Source of the DNA: Octopus vulgaris | Lineage: Eukaryota | Length of the DNA stretch: 64,000 bases | Direction: 5' to 3' | NCBI GenBank assembly: GCA_951406725.2 | Contig: OX597821.1 | Location: 30,504,001 to 30,568,000, forward strand | Part shown: piece after piece, positions 37,761 through 52,354 of the stretch | Position numbering within the stretch: position 1 is the stretch's first letter | How the letters are laid out: every line of letters starts with the position of its first letter | Position numbers and translations under genes: made by a program | The notes under the pieces: model-generated | The model's database searches: none | Told to the model about the DNA's origin: nothing | What the model saw: only the letters and a program-made list of their open reading frames with translations

Positions 37761-39636
37761 ATATGTACAGGGTGCCTTATATGTTAGAAAGGGCAGCCAA
37801 ACCGAAACCACCAAAAACGGAAGTAAATCCAAAGAGAATGAAAACAAAAGTTACTTATAGTTAACTCCACACTCTAAACACATTTATGTTTAGGTTGTAA
37901 GCAAGACACGTTCACTTAAGAACTATGTTGTTTACACATGTAATCTAAGTTGAATATTGATCATCACTGAGGAAAGCGAGCCGGCAAAATCATTAGCACG
38001 CTGGGAAAAATTCTCAGTGGCATTTCGTCTGTTTTACTTTTTGAGTACATATATATATATATATATATGTATGTGTACGAGTAGAGTATCTCTCTCTCTC
38101 CCTCTCTGTATATATATAAAAATCATGATTGTAGAAATCCAACCTACGAGAGGAACTTGGCTCACAGAATTGTTGTTGCAAAGTACAGTAACCCATTAAG
38201 ATTAAATACAATGTATGGTGAACCTGCTTGTCAGATTAACAAAGTTACTGTAAATCCAGTTGATACGCTAATCACGCAGAATAACATTAATAAGACGAAG
38301 AAGGAAGTTATATTCTTACATAACTTTATTCGTTTACATATTTCGAAAATGCTCGTGTAACTGTATTCACCATATACAAATTATTTTTATGAGTATACAC
38401 AACCAATTAATTAACAAATTACGATTAATTAATGGTAGTTATCACCCAAATTCTTCTCATTAGAGCTCAAATGTTCTGTTGATATTTCAAACACTTCTAT
38501 AAACGTATTGACTTAAGATAAGAGGACCATGAAGATTCTCATGATTGTTACCTTCAGGCAAATTTCACAGTCCAGAAAGGTCAAGATGTTTTCAAATATT
38601 AGTGTTGAATACTGGGATAAAAATACCTTATGAGAATGTATTTAGCATTTAATGTCTAAAGTAAGGAAGACAGAGCCGTATGGCATATTATTTGAATCCA
38701 AAAGAACTTTCTGTTTCTTTTGAAAAACACATAAGCATCAGTTAGGCTGACTACTACTAAATAAAAATTATTTCAATTAAATGTAATATTGAACTAAATT
38801 ATATTTGGTTCAGCACATTAGGTATTGAGTTAATGAAGTACACTAGGTATTGCCTAATAAAGTACAGAGTTATCTCTTGTAATTATGAATGAATCTGATA
38901 TTAAGAACATTTGAAAAATGCTGGTGGTATATTATCAATATCGGGCAAATGACGTACTGCTTACGGCTCTGTAGGAGAGGATAAAAATCCTCAGTGGTTT
39001 AAGGTGATCACAATAATCAAGACCAGTCAAGCCTTTTGTCTTTTAAGTGATTGTACTCTGCAATGAACCAAATCTCCATGTTTTGTTTGGTTTGAGAAAA
39101 TGACAGGGGACAGCAATCTTCTAGGCGTGGCAGCACTAACGAGAAGAGTAGAATGACGATATTTTCCTCTCTGGACTGGAAAGCTGTGAAGATACTGGAG
39201 TTTATTCTGCGAGTAAAATCCGCTTTATTGTAAATGCGAACAATCCAGTTGAGTTCGAAGTAAAAAATTACTCTTGAAGTAGTTATCCTGAAAGAAGAAA
39301 ATGTGGTTGTTCAAGCATATTTTTTCCTCACAGAATATGAGTTCAAATTTTCCCTCTTAATAGAACGTTGGTTTTGACCGCCCATTTGCTTGCAGAATGT
39401 AGATTCGACTGGAGTTTATTTCGATCATCTCCATCGGTAAATTTCTAGAGTTTGGAATCATCTGCGAATATTTCTATGTTGCTGTGTTTGATGGTGCTTG
39501 CGATATCATCTATATATACATCTCCATAGGTACATACTGATATATACACATCGGTCTACAAACATATACGCATACACAAATACACAGGCATAGACACAAA
39601 CAAACACAGATACACACACAGAGGCACACACACACA

Positions 39637-39683
<47 letters not shown>

Positions 39684-39736
39684 ATAAATATGTATATATA
39701 TATATGTATATATATATGTATATATATATGTATATA

Positions 39737-39799
<63 letters not shown>

Positions 39800-40023
39800 C
39801 TTGTATTTACATAGTTATTTTCGGATTATGCATTTAGGTATTTACACTGGATAAATATATCTGCTGTGTTGTGCTTAGATATTTTAATTGCTTAATTAGC
39901 ACAAAAGCTCTCATTAATGCACGCATTTTTGCGCAAATACCTCGAAAGCCCGTTAATCGATTTAGCGTTCAGCCAGTCATATGCCATGATGGCGTGTTAC
40001 TTGGTATACAGATATTCTAGGCA

Positions 40024-40096
<73 letters not shown>

Positions 40097-40098
<2 letters not shown>

Positions 40099-40428
40099 TC
40101 AGATACCAGGAAACCCCAAAATGGCAGAAATTCAAAAGATAGTGCTCATGGGAACTGCTCATATCCTACGCAAAATACTCTCTATGTAATCCCAAGGTTT
40201 AAAACAAACTTTTATTTATTTATTTTTTATTTTTTTTATTTTTATCTATTATTATTTTTTTTATTTGTTTATTTTTTATTTTTATGTATTAGATATTCAC
40301 TAGTACAACACCAAAAAAAAAAACCCAAATATATGGCACAGAATTTCTAACCTGTTGTCTCTTGAGGTCTCTGGGTAAGACTTGGAGCCAACTTGTACAT
40401 ACATAAAGCAAAAGTCAAACATAGAATG

Positions 40429-40430
<2 letters not shown>
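40097..40430 (+). mobile_element. 3' end of an R4/Dong-like non-LTR element inserted in (TAA)n
   Basis: TQIPGNPKMAEIQKIVLMGTAHILRKILSM* matches the C-terminal QK..L.GTA.ILR..L motif; (TAA)n on both sides. Confidence 0.7.
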
Positions 40431-40487
<57 letters not shown>

Positions 40488-41679
40488 TATAATAACAACA
40501 GCAAAAACAAACAACAACAACAACAGCAATAAGAGCAACAACAATAATAACAACAACAACAACAATAATAATAATGATAATAATAATAATAATAATAATA
40601 TCATTCACTAGCTCTCAAGGCTTCTAATCTTAAATGTTTGGAAGTTCTATCATCTTTTGTAATAGTTTAAAAGATGATCTACAGCAAATATTTCTGCTCA
40701 ATGTCACTGTCTTGCTGATCAGTTTCCTAACCATCTCCCTTGGTGGTTGACGAGATGTGCATTTCTGAGCACGAGCAGAAGTAGTGTGGAAGCATCATAG
40801 CCATGTATTGAGAGGAATTCTTTGGGATTTGAATGTTACTCCTCTGGAAATATGGGCATTTAGCTCAGCATCTTGAAATAACCCTTTTTCAGGGACCTTG
40901 TACGCGGGATGGGCTTCTGTCTGTCTGCCTCTTATACATAATCTTCAAATTCACCATCACTACCCACTATTGCCTTTCTAATATTTTACCAAATCTCAAT
41001 TCCTCCCCTCGATATATAAAGAAATATAATTGGGTGAAATTCTCCTCGTCTGTGTGAAAGATCACTCCAGGATGTTCCACTATGTTCCAGATGATCTTCA
41101 CACTCCCCAACCTCGTAGCATTTAGTCCTGGATTAACAAGGAGGTTGAAAGGTCTCAGGACGATTTCATTTTCAGGTCTTCTGTCACTTTTCTTTGAAAT
41201 TTCATAACTGAAAATCCTCTCTTACGTGCCAAACTTATGGATTGAATTGGATCTCTTCTGATTTATCTCTTCAACGCCCGATTGAAATGATGATCCCTCT
41301 TGCGGTTATGACCGGCTAATTCAGTTTTCCATTCCACAATTTCCTCTTTCTCAAACTTTTTCATAATTCTCTTTATGGTTCTTGGGTTGACTTTGAAGAT
41401 AGAAGCCAGAGAATGAATGTTGTCATCATTACCGAATTTCTGGTTGGTCTAAGTCATCTCAGCATTGCTCATTTGGGAAGGCATGGTGGGCCCGTTCTCT
41501 TTCACACTAATTATCTCAATGGGTGTTCCACAGATTCTTACAAAATTTGGTGCCACTATGGAAAAATGGTAATAGGCAAATAAATTTCTTTGTTGGCTTG
41601 AAGAAATTTTAAGAATGTGTGAGCATGGCAATTTTGCTATTACACCCGGTATACACATATGTACATACATAAATACACA

Positions 41680-41729
<50 letters not shown>

Positions 41730-41850
41730 ATAGAGGGCATTATTACACATAAATGCCTCACACTAAGAGGGACAAAGTCATTACTACCAAAATTATACTA
41801 ATCATACCTAAATGCAGTTTTTCAAAGCAAGACATTTAAAAAATGAATTT

Positions 41851-41908
41851 AGTTCTGTATCACCGTGATTTCACATTCAACTTACGTCTTATGATCCTCA
41901 GCAGAACT
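41851..41908 (-). ncRNA. Type I hammerhead ribozyme
   Basis: Minus strand AGTTCTG-CTGAGGA-TCAT..ATGT-GAAA-TCACGGTGA-TA-CAGAACT; 7-bp stem I, AUA triplet. Confidence 0.85.
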
Positions 41909-42329
41909 GATTCTGAACACATCATAAATAAACTACCAACCTTACGTAGCGAAGACGAACAGACAACTGCCCACTCCGGCCAAGCACATGGAATGTTTAT
42001 AAATCATATATCCGGTAAATGGCGGGATTTTTACGAACTGCATGTCGGGTAATGAAAAGTATTTCGGAATAAGTTTAACAATTAAGGATAATATCTTAAT
42101 AAGGGATCTTAACAAGAAATTATCGGGTAGTTAGCGTGAAAACCTCATAAAAGAAAAGAATTCGAAAATAATTTTTTTCTTTTGAACAAATTAATTATAT
42201 CTATATTGTATAGATGGCATTATTACACATAAATGCCTCACACTAAGAGGGACAAAGTCATTACTACCAAATTATACTAATCATACCTAAATGCAGTTTT
42301 TCAAAGCAAGACATTTAAAAAATGAATTT

Positions 42330-42387
42330 AGTTCTGTATCACCGTGATTTCACATTCAACTTACGTCTTATGATCCTCAGCAGAACT
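42330..42387 (-). ncRNA. Type I hammerhead ribozyme (second tandem unit)
   Basis: Identical to 41851-41908. Confidence 0.85.
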
Positions 42388-42577
42388 GATTCTGAACACA
42401 TCATAAATAAACTACCAACCTTACGTAGCGAAGACGAACAGACAACTGCCCACTCCGGCCAAGCACATGGAATGTTTATAAATCATATATCCGGTAAAGT
42501 GCTTGGCCGGAGTGGGCAGTTGTCTGTTCGTCTTCGCTACGTAAGGTTGGTAGTTTATTTATGATGTGTTCAGAATC

Positions 42578-42635
42578 AGTTCTGCTGAGGATCATAAGAC
42601 GTAAGTTGAATGTGAAATCACGGTGATACAGAACT
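42578..42635 (+). ncRNA. Type I hammerhead ribozyme (inverted copy)
   Basis: Same motif on the plus strand; predicted cleavage after 42628. Confidence 0.85.
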
Positions 42636-42892
42636 AAATTCATTTTTTAAATGTCTTGCTTTGAAAAACTGCATTTAGGTATGATTAGTATAATTTGGGT
42701 AGTAATGACTTTGTCCCTCTTAGTGTGAGGCATTTATGTGTAATAATGCCCTCTATACAATATAGATATAATTAATTTGTTCAAAAGAAAAAAATTATTT
42801 TCGAATTCTTTTCTTTTATGAGGTTTTCACGCTAACTACCCGATAATTTCTTGTTAAGATCCCTTATTAAGAGATTATCCTTAATTGTTAAA

Positions 42893-42945
<53 letters not shown>

Positions 42946-43404
42946 CTATAACATAGACACATACATATGTCCGTCTTTTACGTTCTGAGTCCAAATTCCG
43001 ACGCAATAGTCTTTGTCTTTCATCCTTTCGTGGTCGATAAATGAAGTACCAGCTGCGTACTGGGGTCGATATAATCGACTGGCCCACTCCCCCAAAATTT
43101 CGGGCCTTGTACCTTGAGTAATAAAGAATAATCAATTGCACATAATTTGTAGAAACAAGACATTTGGATGAAAGGTATGTAACTATAAAAAATGTATTTA
43201 AAAAACAAAAAAACAAAAAACACTCTGCAAACAAATACGCACACACATACACACCAACACACACACACGCACAATCACAATCACACACACATACATTTAT
43301 ATACGCCATGAAAAATATATGTCCAACAAATATTCTTGCTTTCATAACCGAAAATATCTTTAAAAATAAAAATCCTATATTAATTATATTTTACTCATGA
43401 ATTA

Positions 43405-43788
43405 TCTCTCTCTATATAAACGGCAGTTTGTCTGTGCGTGTTTCTGTGTGTCTGTTTTCTCGTACCCTCACTCCGACCACGGCTTTCAACCGATTCTGAT
43501 GAAACTTGACACACACATAGCCCAATGTCATAATTCAAAACTAACGCAGCGAAAATTTTGAAAAGTTCCCCCAGTTCTGAAAAAATCGATAAATTCGACA
43601 TGGGGTCGAGAATCAGAAACCCAAACCACAGACCGTCTAGGGGACGCAACTCCACCTTTTTTAACTCTCAAAAAAATTTACCATAATTTTTTTTTCCATT
43701 TTTTTGCTATTTTTTGGCTATAACTCTCTAAAAATGCTTTATAGTTATTTCCCTTACAAACCTGAGCAACGCCGGGCGATACTGCTAG
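43405..43788 (+). mobile_element. Non-autonomous Helitron
   Basis: A|TC start (TCTCTCTCTATATAAA), subterminal imperfect hairpin CCTGAGCAACGCCGGG, CTAG|T end, no TSD. Confidence 0.8.
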
Positions 43789-45039
43789 TATTATTTAAAA
43801 GTATGCTTCTTTAATAGGATTAGGAATTGTATTGATATTACTAATAGTTTTATTGATATTACTTGGATGGTATTTATCATTAATATTATTAATGCTTTCA
43901 TAATTTACGTAAGGTATAATAATATCAAATATTTTGTGATATTTGTTATTAGGTGGGAAGTGTTATTCTAATTTTTGAAAGACATTAAAATATATTTTTG
44001 CAGATGCATGACTACAAAATGGAGCATTCTACCATATGGTTTCTTTGTTGAATGATTTATTGGATTTTAACATTTATTATTAGAATGAATAGGTTATTAA
44101 TAATAATTATTATTAGCATTACATGATTATATTTAACATGATGAAAGTTACTGTTGCAGTATTCATTGTGTGACCTACGGGTTTGAACATTATCATTTTG
44201 ATCATTTTTAGATAACTAAATTACACGATATTACGTGTCATTGGTATGATATTTTAAATTTGTAATGCTGTGTATTATATGTTGTACCTAATTGTTATTT
44301 CTAGTTTGTATTAGTAACAAACTCTATGTTATCGTTATATCCTTCTCTAGAAAGAGCTTATTGAAGTTAATGATATTTTTATGTATGTACTGAAGACTTC
44401 CATTAATTTTGTGAAACGCTATATATAAAGTTCAAATTAAAATAGAAATCTAAGAAATTGGCTGTTTACGATTCAAATCCACAGTCATTGCGAGCCTGAA
44501 ATTTTAAAAGAATCTCACGATTCTTTTTTTTTACCTCCTATTTCTCCTTTAATATATATATAAAATAAATCAATCGTCCCTATATAGACCTCCTTGAATA
44601 GAATGCAATTGTTCTTCAATATTATAACATAAATACTATGTCTGTGACTTTTGCAGTGTCAGTAGACCCCATAGCGATATCATTGTTAACCGCTCTATTT
44701 TTCTATTTATACAACTCCTTAGTATATGTTAATATTTAATAATAGCTTTTTCTGGAATATAGGATTACAATCCAGAACCACGCTAATAGTTTAGGAGTGA
44801 GTTAGGATTTTTCGGTTTTCTATGAATGGATAAAACATGCGATAAAACATTTCCCAACTGGTTTGAACACTATGACAACACTAGTATTTGTCTGAGTCAC
44901 AATAATAGCTTTTGAATCAAAATAGACCATCTATATATGTTTTCAGAAAATGAATGGTATTGATACATATTAAGTATACATTGAGTACATATTCAACAGA
45001 AAACCATAATTTTATTATAACATTTATTGAAACAATGAA

Positions 45040-45620
45040 TTATTTAGCCACATGAGTGCCATTTCGATGGATAATCTGAAAGACCCTATTAGTCATGGAA
45101 TCCGTCACTAGTAGTAGGTTAGACTGCCTCTGATGCAGCTTTGATGGTCGCCCATAAGATATCTTTCGGCGTAAATTGGCGTCCATCGGCATAAAAATCT
45201 TGTTTAATTATGGACCAAAAATGTTCGATAGGGATGAGATCCGAAGATACTGGTAGCAAAATCATAAACCTTTCATCTTGTATGCCGTAAGACCCTAGTA
45301 ATGGTTGGGTGGTCTTAGCAGAGTGGGAGGGAACGTGGTCATGCATGAATACACGATTGCTTAGACGTGACAGCGGATCCAAGACCTCGTTCAGGCGAGT
45401 GCAGTGGGCGGATGCGGTCAATTTAACCAATTCAAGCACCCTGACTGGGCCAGCAAGTTTGTCCCCAATGATGCTAGCCCACAACATGACACGTCTACAA
45501 TGTCGTTGACGTCGTAAACGTTGGTGACGCTCATCTTAAACCATTTGCCCAACCGTCATGTCCTTCAAGGTCACCCTGGTTTTGTCAGTGAACAGAACAC
45601 AACTCATGTCAAACGTACGT
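45040..45620 (-). pseudogene. Tc1-like DDE transposase fragment
   Basis: VLFTDKTRVTL.., RRQR..VMLWA, VFMHDHVPSH, SSDLIPIEHFWSIIK (FTDE / QDNAP.H / SPDLNPIE.W motifs). Confidence 0.8.
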
Positions 45621-46840
45621 ACTTTTGAATCCATTGTATTTTTCAGTATTTTTCATAGCAAAAATTAGAGCTTTGTTAAGAAAAGATGTGAACAAATTAT
45701 GAATAGAAGTTATTAATATCAATTTGTAGAAAAATCAGATTCTTTTGTTCTTCAACTTTATAAGCCACTGTATTACAAAACACTTTATTCAAAGAATATG
45801 TCCAGGGGTACTGATATTAAAAAGGAGACAAAACGATGCTTTCTCTCACCCATTTAAATGGGCAAATATGTCTTACTGTAGGATTTTCCTCGAAATTAAG
45901 TTTATGGTTCTTTAGGTTAATTCTCGGTATTCTAGCTCCATAGGATTCGGTAAGGTCTCCGCTATTAAGTTATTTTGTTATTTTAAATTCAGGTAAACTG
46001 ATTTATATATAGAGACGAATGAAACTGTTGTAATTCGCACATAATTCATTCTAGTAAGTTCATTATATTTCTAATACTAAGATTATAAATGTCTCCTCTT
46101 TTATCAGAATGTACAAAAATTCCTGAGGCACTTATCAGTTTTTAATTAAATAATCTGATTTACGTAGACGTTCATTATAACGAAGAGGATGGCCTCTGTA
46201 TATGATGTTTTTAATAGTATTTACCAAGTTTTTCTCTATTTTCCAAATCTAATTAGTTGTTGGATTTGAGGTAGATTTTTATGAGCTTTCAAGTAATATC
46301 TTAAGTAGCTAGCAGATTTAATTTTACATCCCTGTAAGAAATTTTATCGAAGAAATATGCTTTCTATTGCATAGTTATAATAAATGAACTTGTGTTATAT
46401 ATTAAAGATTTCATACATTTGTTTCTCGTTGGTATAGGAATATCCTTTAGCAAAACGTCCAAATATACTCTTTTCCATTTTAGAGATTAACAATTGCAAG
46501 CACGTTAATAAATATAGACAGGTTATATTATCAGAGAATTTTAAGTAGGTGGGTCGGGTACATCCCAGCCGTTTCCTCTTGAAACAAATGTTAGAATTTC
46601 TTCACCATTACATGGGATTCGTTTCGGAATAGGAATTGCAAACATTTTAGAGATTTTCTATTGGAAACTCGTCAGGTAAGGAAATCGAATGCTACAAAAT
46701 TTACATCTCGATGAAGCATGTACATAGAGTTAATAATCAGAAGTAGTATAAGTATTTGGCGGACAGAAGAGAGACAAACTGAGGACCCAGTTATACGCAC
46801 ATGTACGGGTACAGGGACACTCACACTGATTAAATATATA

Positions 46841-46893
<53 letters not shown>

Positions 46894-47057
46894 AACACAC
46901 AAACACGTACACCGCGCACACACACACATTTATGTGAAGAGAGAGAGAGAGAAAAATTTATGATTGTATTCGCATATAACCATGCTCTCAAAGATACGCA
47001 TTCGCATAATCTCATACGCACGCACACACACACATATATATATAAATATCTATCTAC

Positions 47058-47121
<64 letters not shown>

Positions 47122-47122
47122 A

Positions 47123-47163
<41 letters not shown>

Positions 47164-47331
47164 ATAAAGTTAATCCAAGCATGAAAACACAAAGAGAAAA
47201 CACAGCAAGGCGAGGACGTGGAACAAATATAGTATTATATTTATATGTATATATATTATCAGGGAGTATAACTTCAAACTTACAGGGAAAAATTCAATTT
47301 AGTATTAAATAAATTTCACAATATAAATATG

Positions 47332-47392
<61 letters not shown>

Positions 47393-47659
47393 AAAACAAT
47401 ATTATATAATTTAAACAATAATAGACATAAACCATATCATATAGAAAAAATAATATTTATTATAAAACATAGAAGTAGATCACAAAATGTACAATATATG
47501 AATAAACAATATATAATAAGTAAAAAGACTACGTACGATTCGTGGCTATAACTTCAATTCGAATTACAATTAAATTTAAACTTAATGGAAAAACAATTCA
47601 ATTTAAAAGTATAGTCACTCCTCAGCTCAACAATAATACATATAATGAGAGAAGACTGA

Positions 47660-48062
47660 GTCTCAAAATCTGGTTGTCACTGCAGAGCCTGCTCAGACAG
47701 AGGAATTAGGAATAGTGGATGGAGAGCTTGGTGTGTTTAGGGTGGAATGAGAAGTTGAGGTATGCCTGTGAGTCTGTGTGTTTGTATTGGATACAGGTGG
47801 TGAGCGTGGAGTGATAAATGCTGACCGAAATGTCAAGAAAGGCGGCGGAAGTGTCGGAAATAGTGCAGGAGAAGTTGAGGGCAGCATGGAAGGTTTTGAC
47901 AAAAGAGAGAAAGGCGTCTAGATCTTCGCGAGAAAGTGAGGTCGCATCAGCAAAGTTGTCACTATAACGACCGTATTGTTCGGGAGTGTGACCATTGAAA
48001 CTTGAGAATATTTGGGCCTCAACATAGCCAACGAAAAGCTTCGTATAGTTGGGACCCATTCT
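47660..48062 (-). pseudogene. Decayed PLE reverse transcriptase fragment (second family)
   Basis: MGPNYTKLFVGYVE, RYSDN (RYIDD), AFLDISV, YKHTDSQAYLNFSFHP (YKPTDS..YL..S.HP). Confidence 0.82.
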
Positions 48063-48360
48063 CAGCTTCAGCAGTGTATATGACACACTATCTGCGTCCT
48101 TGTATTTTATATTTCCTAACAAGGTAGTTTAGCATCCCCACTCACCAATATTATTCCATATTTACAGGAAAAATTCAATTTAGAAATATTAAATCAAATT
48201 TCACAAAATATAATATATAATAAATAAAAAAAAACACCTTTTATCGATTAATATAATATTTCTATCATATGTAATTTTCTAGATAGTATAATTAATTTTT
48301 TTAATTTTGAATTGATAAAATGTTTTTTCTCATTTGTACATACATACATGCATACATACA

Positions 48361-48415
<55 letters not shown>

Positions 48416-50098
48416 GTATATAATATATATATAATATATACATGTGTATAATATATATGTAATATATAATATATGATATACATATAATGTATAAATATAT
48501 AATATATAATATATACCTAATATATATAATATATATATATATATAATATATGATATATATATCATATATATAATATATATTATATATAATATATATATAT
48601 ATATGATACATATAATATATATACATATAATATACATAATTTTTTTATATATAATATACATAATATTTTTTATATATAATATATATATAATATATAACAT
48701 ATTTATATATATATATGTATATATATATATAATATATATAATATAATATATATATAATATAATATATATCATATATAATAATAGATATCATATATATCAT
48801 ATATATGTATACATATATATACAGAGAGAGAGAGAGAAATAGAAAGAAAGAAAGAAAGAAAGAGAAAGAGAGAGTGAGTGAGAGAAAGTAAAGTTTCATT
48901 GCCAATAAAACAATATAACGTGGCAATACTGGTTAGAACCATTGTTACTGTATTTAACCCCATGAAGCATCGGCTCTAGCAGTCTATACGACACACTACC
49001 TGTGTCCTTACATTTTATACGTTCAAACAAAGGAGTTTAGCGTCCCCACTTACCTCAAAGCAATATCTGCATACTAGGAAACACTCCTTTCCTCTGGATG
49101 GTTTAAGTTGCTTTGGTGGTATTTTTCCCGAAATTATTGAACTACCGATAAAGTTAATGCGTAGCATGGCATATTTATGTGTCCGTTTAAATTAGGAAGG
49201 GAAAATTAAATTGAAGATTGCCGGGTATTGCTGAGGTGTTGCACTTTAATGATAACAGAACATATTAGTTTGCAATCGATGCAAAGGGGAACCACGGAAG
49301 CGTTTTGGTAGTAGATTATGAATAATGACTAAAAGACAGCCAGTTAATGGTGTAATGAAACTGCGAGTTTAGGGTGCAAATTCTTCAGAGAGATAAGCTA
49401 ACAAAAGCTCTTTTATTCTGTCTTCCCTCATAGTGAATGCTGCATAAAGTTAAATTTGTATAGAGTTTTCTGAAAGATACGTATATTTCGTTAGTGGAGG
49501 CAAGACTCTGATTTAAAGATTGATTTTTGGGACGCATCATATGCGATTGTTTAAAAAAGGCTAGAAGGACAATGTTAAAAGGTATTTGAATCAACGTACA
49601 ACGGACGAAATATCATAAAGGTTGGTTAAATAAGCATCTTTAAATTGAAAAACACATTGGTAGGTAAACAAAAGTATCAACAAATAGAAGAGAAGGAAGG
49701 GAACATCCCCTTTCAAGTAACTCAGAATAGGTAAAGGTAAGCTTACCAAAGTTTAATGCAGTTTAATTATGGAGATTAAGATTGTTTGGTATTGGATATC
49801 CATCGTGTAGAGTGTTCCTCGTTGATTTTATCTCCATGAAAGTCGAAATAAATAAATAGACAAAATCCTTTCACTTCTATAAAATGATTAAAAAGTATGG
49901 AATACCCTAGAATCAAAAGACTATACCCATTTACATCTATTTACGAGGGTGTTCTAGGCACAACGTTATAGTGCATGAGAATCCTTGGAGCATACGTAAT
50001 GTGTGTGTAAAGTTTGCTGAAAATCGCTTGAGGATTGTGTAACTGTATGCGTTAGTCATTATACACAAGCATACTGTGGTTTATATAATACACACACA

Positions 50099-50180
<82 letters not shown>

Positions 50181-50181
<1 letters not shown>

Positions 50182-51430
50182 CATGGGAAAATGCGGGAAA
50201 TAATATTCTTAACGTTATAAACCTGGAAAATTATAGGACAAGTTCTTACACAGAGAAGTGTTCAGGAAAACTCACTACATTTGGTAAAGTGCAGAGCAAG
50301 AAACGTTTTGCTCAAAATATTGCACCTGAAGATAAAATTTCAAATAAAATATTTAGATTTAGAAAATATTACCTTTTACTATAACTAAAAGTTTTATTCC
50401 AAGTTATCACTTGAATAGTAAAAATATCTTAAGATATGTTTTTCACTTTAAAAAATCCTTGTTTTCAATTATTATTTAATAATAAGTAATTTTGAAAATA
50501 GGTAATAAAAAATTATAGTAGTACATAATTAGTATAATAAATAGAATAATACAAACATTAGTTATATATTAGAGTAAAATCTACCTATAACAGCAAATTC
50601 ACAGTAAAATTTGCTTGAGTTATTGTCAAGTCTTCAGATTATTAGTCTTGAGCCAATGACTATGATTTACATAATGAAATTACCTACCATTTACTATTCC
50701 ACATTGCGTAAGTCTTTAGCTATATTGCTACTTGTGGTTCTCATTTTTTAAGTACCTTTTTTAAATTATAATGTTACTTTGTAAATTCAATGATATAATA
50801 TTTGATATTCAAATTTTATCCTTAGCTGCAATATTTTAAGTAAATATTTTCTTGTTCTGTATTTTACCAGATATATTAAGTTGTCCTAAACTTTTCCATG
50901 AGTAATAACTTGGATCTTTTCGGTTTGAACGGCAGTTTTTAACTCTTCCCATGTAACTAAAAACAGTTTTTAACAATTCTTAGGTAATTAAAAATTATTA
51001 AACTTCGTATACTGGTAGAATGTGTTTATAAAACATCTTTTTCTCTTGGCTTTATTAAGAAAATTCTATAGTTTGCAAGATATTGTTTTTTTTTCAATTT
51101 CTGCAATTTCAACCAATCAGTGACGTCTATTGAGTTAAAAAGCATTCTGTGCCGTATGAATATGTCACTCGTTTAAGAAACAGATTGGGTTTATTTACAT
51201 TTGTGAAGAAAAAAGTTACCCTTCCCCCACCCCAAAACCTAACTAACCCTAACACTAAAAGAGATTGAAATGCAATAGATCGATTCTAGGGTCATAATTG
51301 TGGGTGACAATTTGATATGATACCGCGAGAAAAAACTGCCGTTCAAACCGAAAAGATCCAATAACTTTTGTAATTTTCTAGGTTTATAATGTTAAGAATA
51401 TTATTTCTCTTGTTCGCATTTTTCGATGTA
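50181..51430. mobile_element. Old long-TIR MITE interrupted in its right arm by the TTAGGG-MITE
   Basis: ACATGGGAAAATGCG..AATAATATTCTTAACGTTATAAACCTGGAAAATTA..AAAATATTGCA is mirrored by 50812-50911 plus 51360-51430. Confidence 0.65.
50912..51359 (-). mobile_element. TTAGGG-containing MITE with perfect 8-bp TSD
   Basis: TIRs GGATCTTTTCGGTTTGAACGGCAGTTTTT; AATAACTT at 50904-50911 and 51360-51367. Confidence 0.9.
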
Positions 51431-52314
51431 ATTCATATCTTTTTTCCACACTATGTTATTATGCCTATCAATAATGTGTCAAATGTGCCAATTAACGGTG
51501 TCATTGATAATTTTCCCTACCTCAATGACGCAGGTGACATTATAAATGTCCCCTTATAGAACTATATTAATAAAAACGTATAGAACTTTTTTATCACCCT
51601 CAAATTCGAGAAGCAAATACTCAAAATGTGTTATCATAGCATGATATTGATATCATAAAAATTCCTCGAATTATGCTCTATCATTTAAGCGTGATTTAAA
51701 TATAGTCTGTTTTTAAATAAAAGAGTTAATTATACTTAAATGCAATGTTTGGCTTACTTATATATATTTTTTCCTGATATTTTACCTCACATCTTTTTGA
51801 TACGAATTTTTGTTGCGTGGGAGCAATACTTAAAAATTTATCATACTTTTTTCTATTATTGAAGCTAAGAGAAATATAGTTTGCTCTTAAAAAAAAAAAG
51901 CTAATTAGATCTAAAGTTGTTTGGAGGCGTTACTTATACTCCTGTAACGTTGCTACAAATTTCAATGTAAACATTTTCTATTAGTTCAAATCGCTATTTT
52001 TTATACCAAAATGTTGCTAGAGGCCAGCCCTCTTCAAAACTGTTAACAGTTTTCAAATTCGTTAACAACTTAATTAGTGACAAGCTCTGAAATTTGCTGC
52101 GCATGAGTAAATTGCGGCCTTAAGAATATTATTCAACTACTACCGTAATTGAATGATACACACACACACACATATGCGTGTGTATATATATATATTTATA
52201 TATATATCCGGTTCTTGACTGATGATTGAGGGCTTCGAATGTCCCGTCCGTGTTTTTTGTGTCGTCTTCTAAATGTTTCACGTTCTTGTCCCAGTTTGTA
52301 TATTTTTTTACTTT

Positions 52315-52354
<40 letters not shown>

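Larger units (their letters stand above)
41723..42896. mobile_element. Non-coding PLE-pLTR/retrozyme-like element: 479 bp tandem repeat plus ~397 bp inverted copy, three intact hammerheads
   Basis: Unit repeats at 41723 and 42202; arms 42070-42466 and 42499-42896 are near-perfect inverted repeats; (TA)n on both flanks. Confidence 0.88.

Noticed and set aside
41000-41600. Possible Tc1-like HTH remnant on the minus strand (SLASIFKVNPRTIKRIMKKF)
   Set aside because: Too fragmentary; no catalytic motifs or TIRs confirmed
44385-44430. CTGAAGA..GAAACGCTATA hammerhead remnant
   Set aside because: Stems II and III do not pair; possibly an old relic but too decayed to list as a feature
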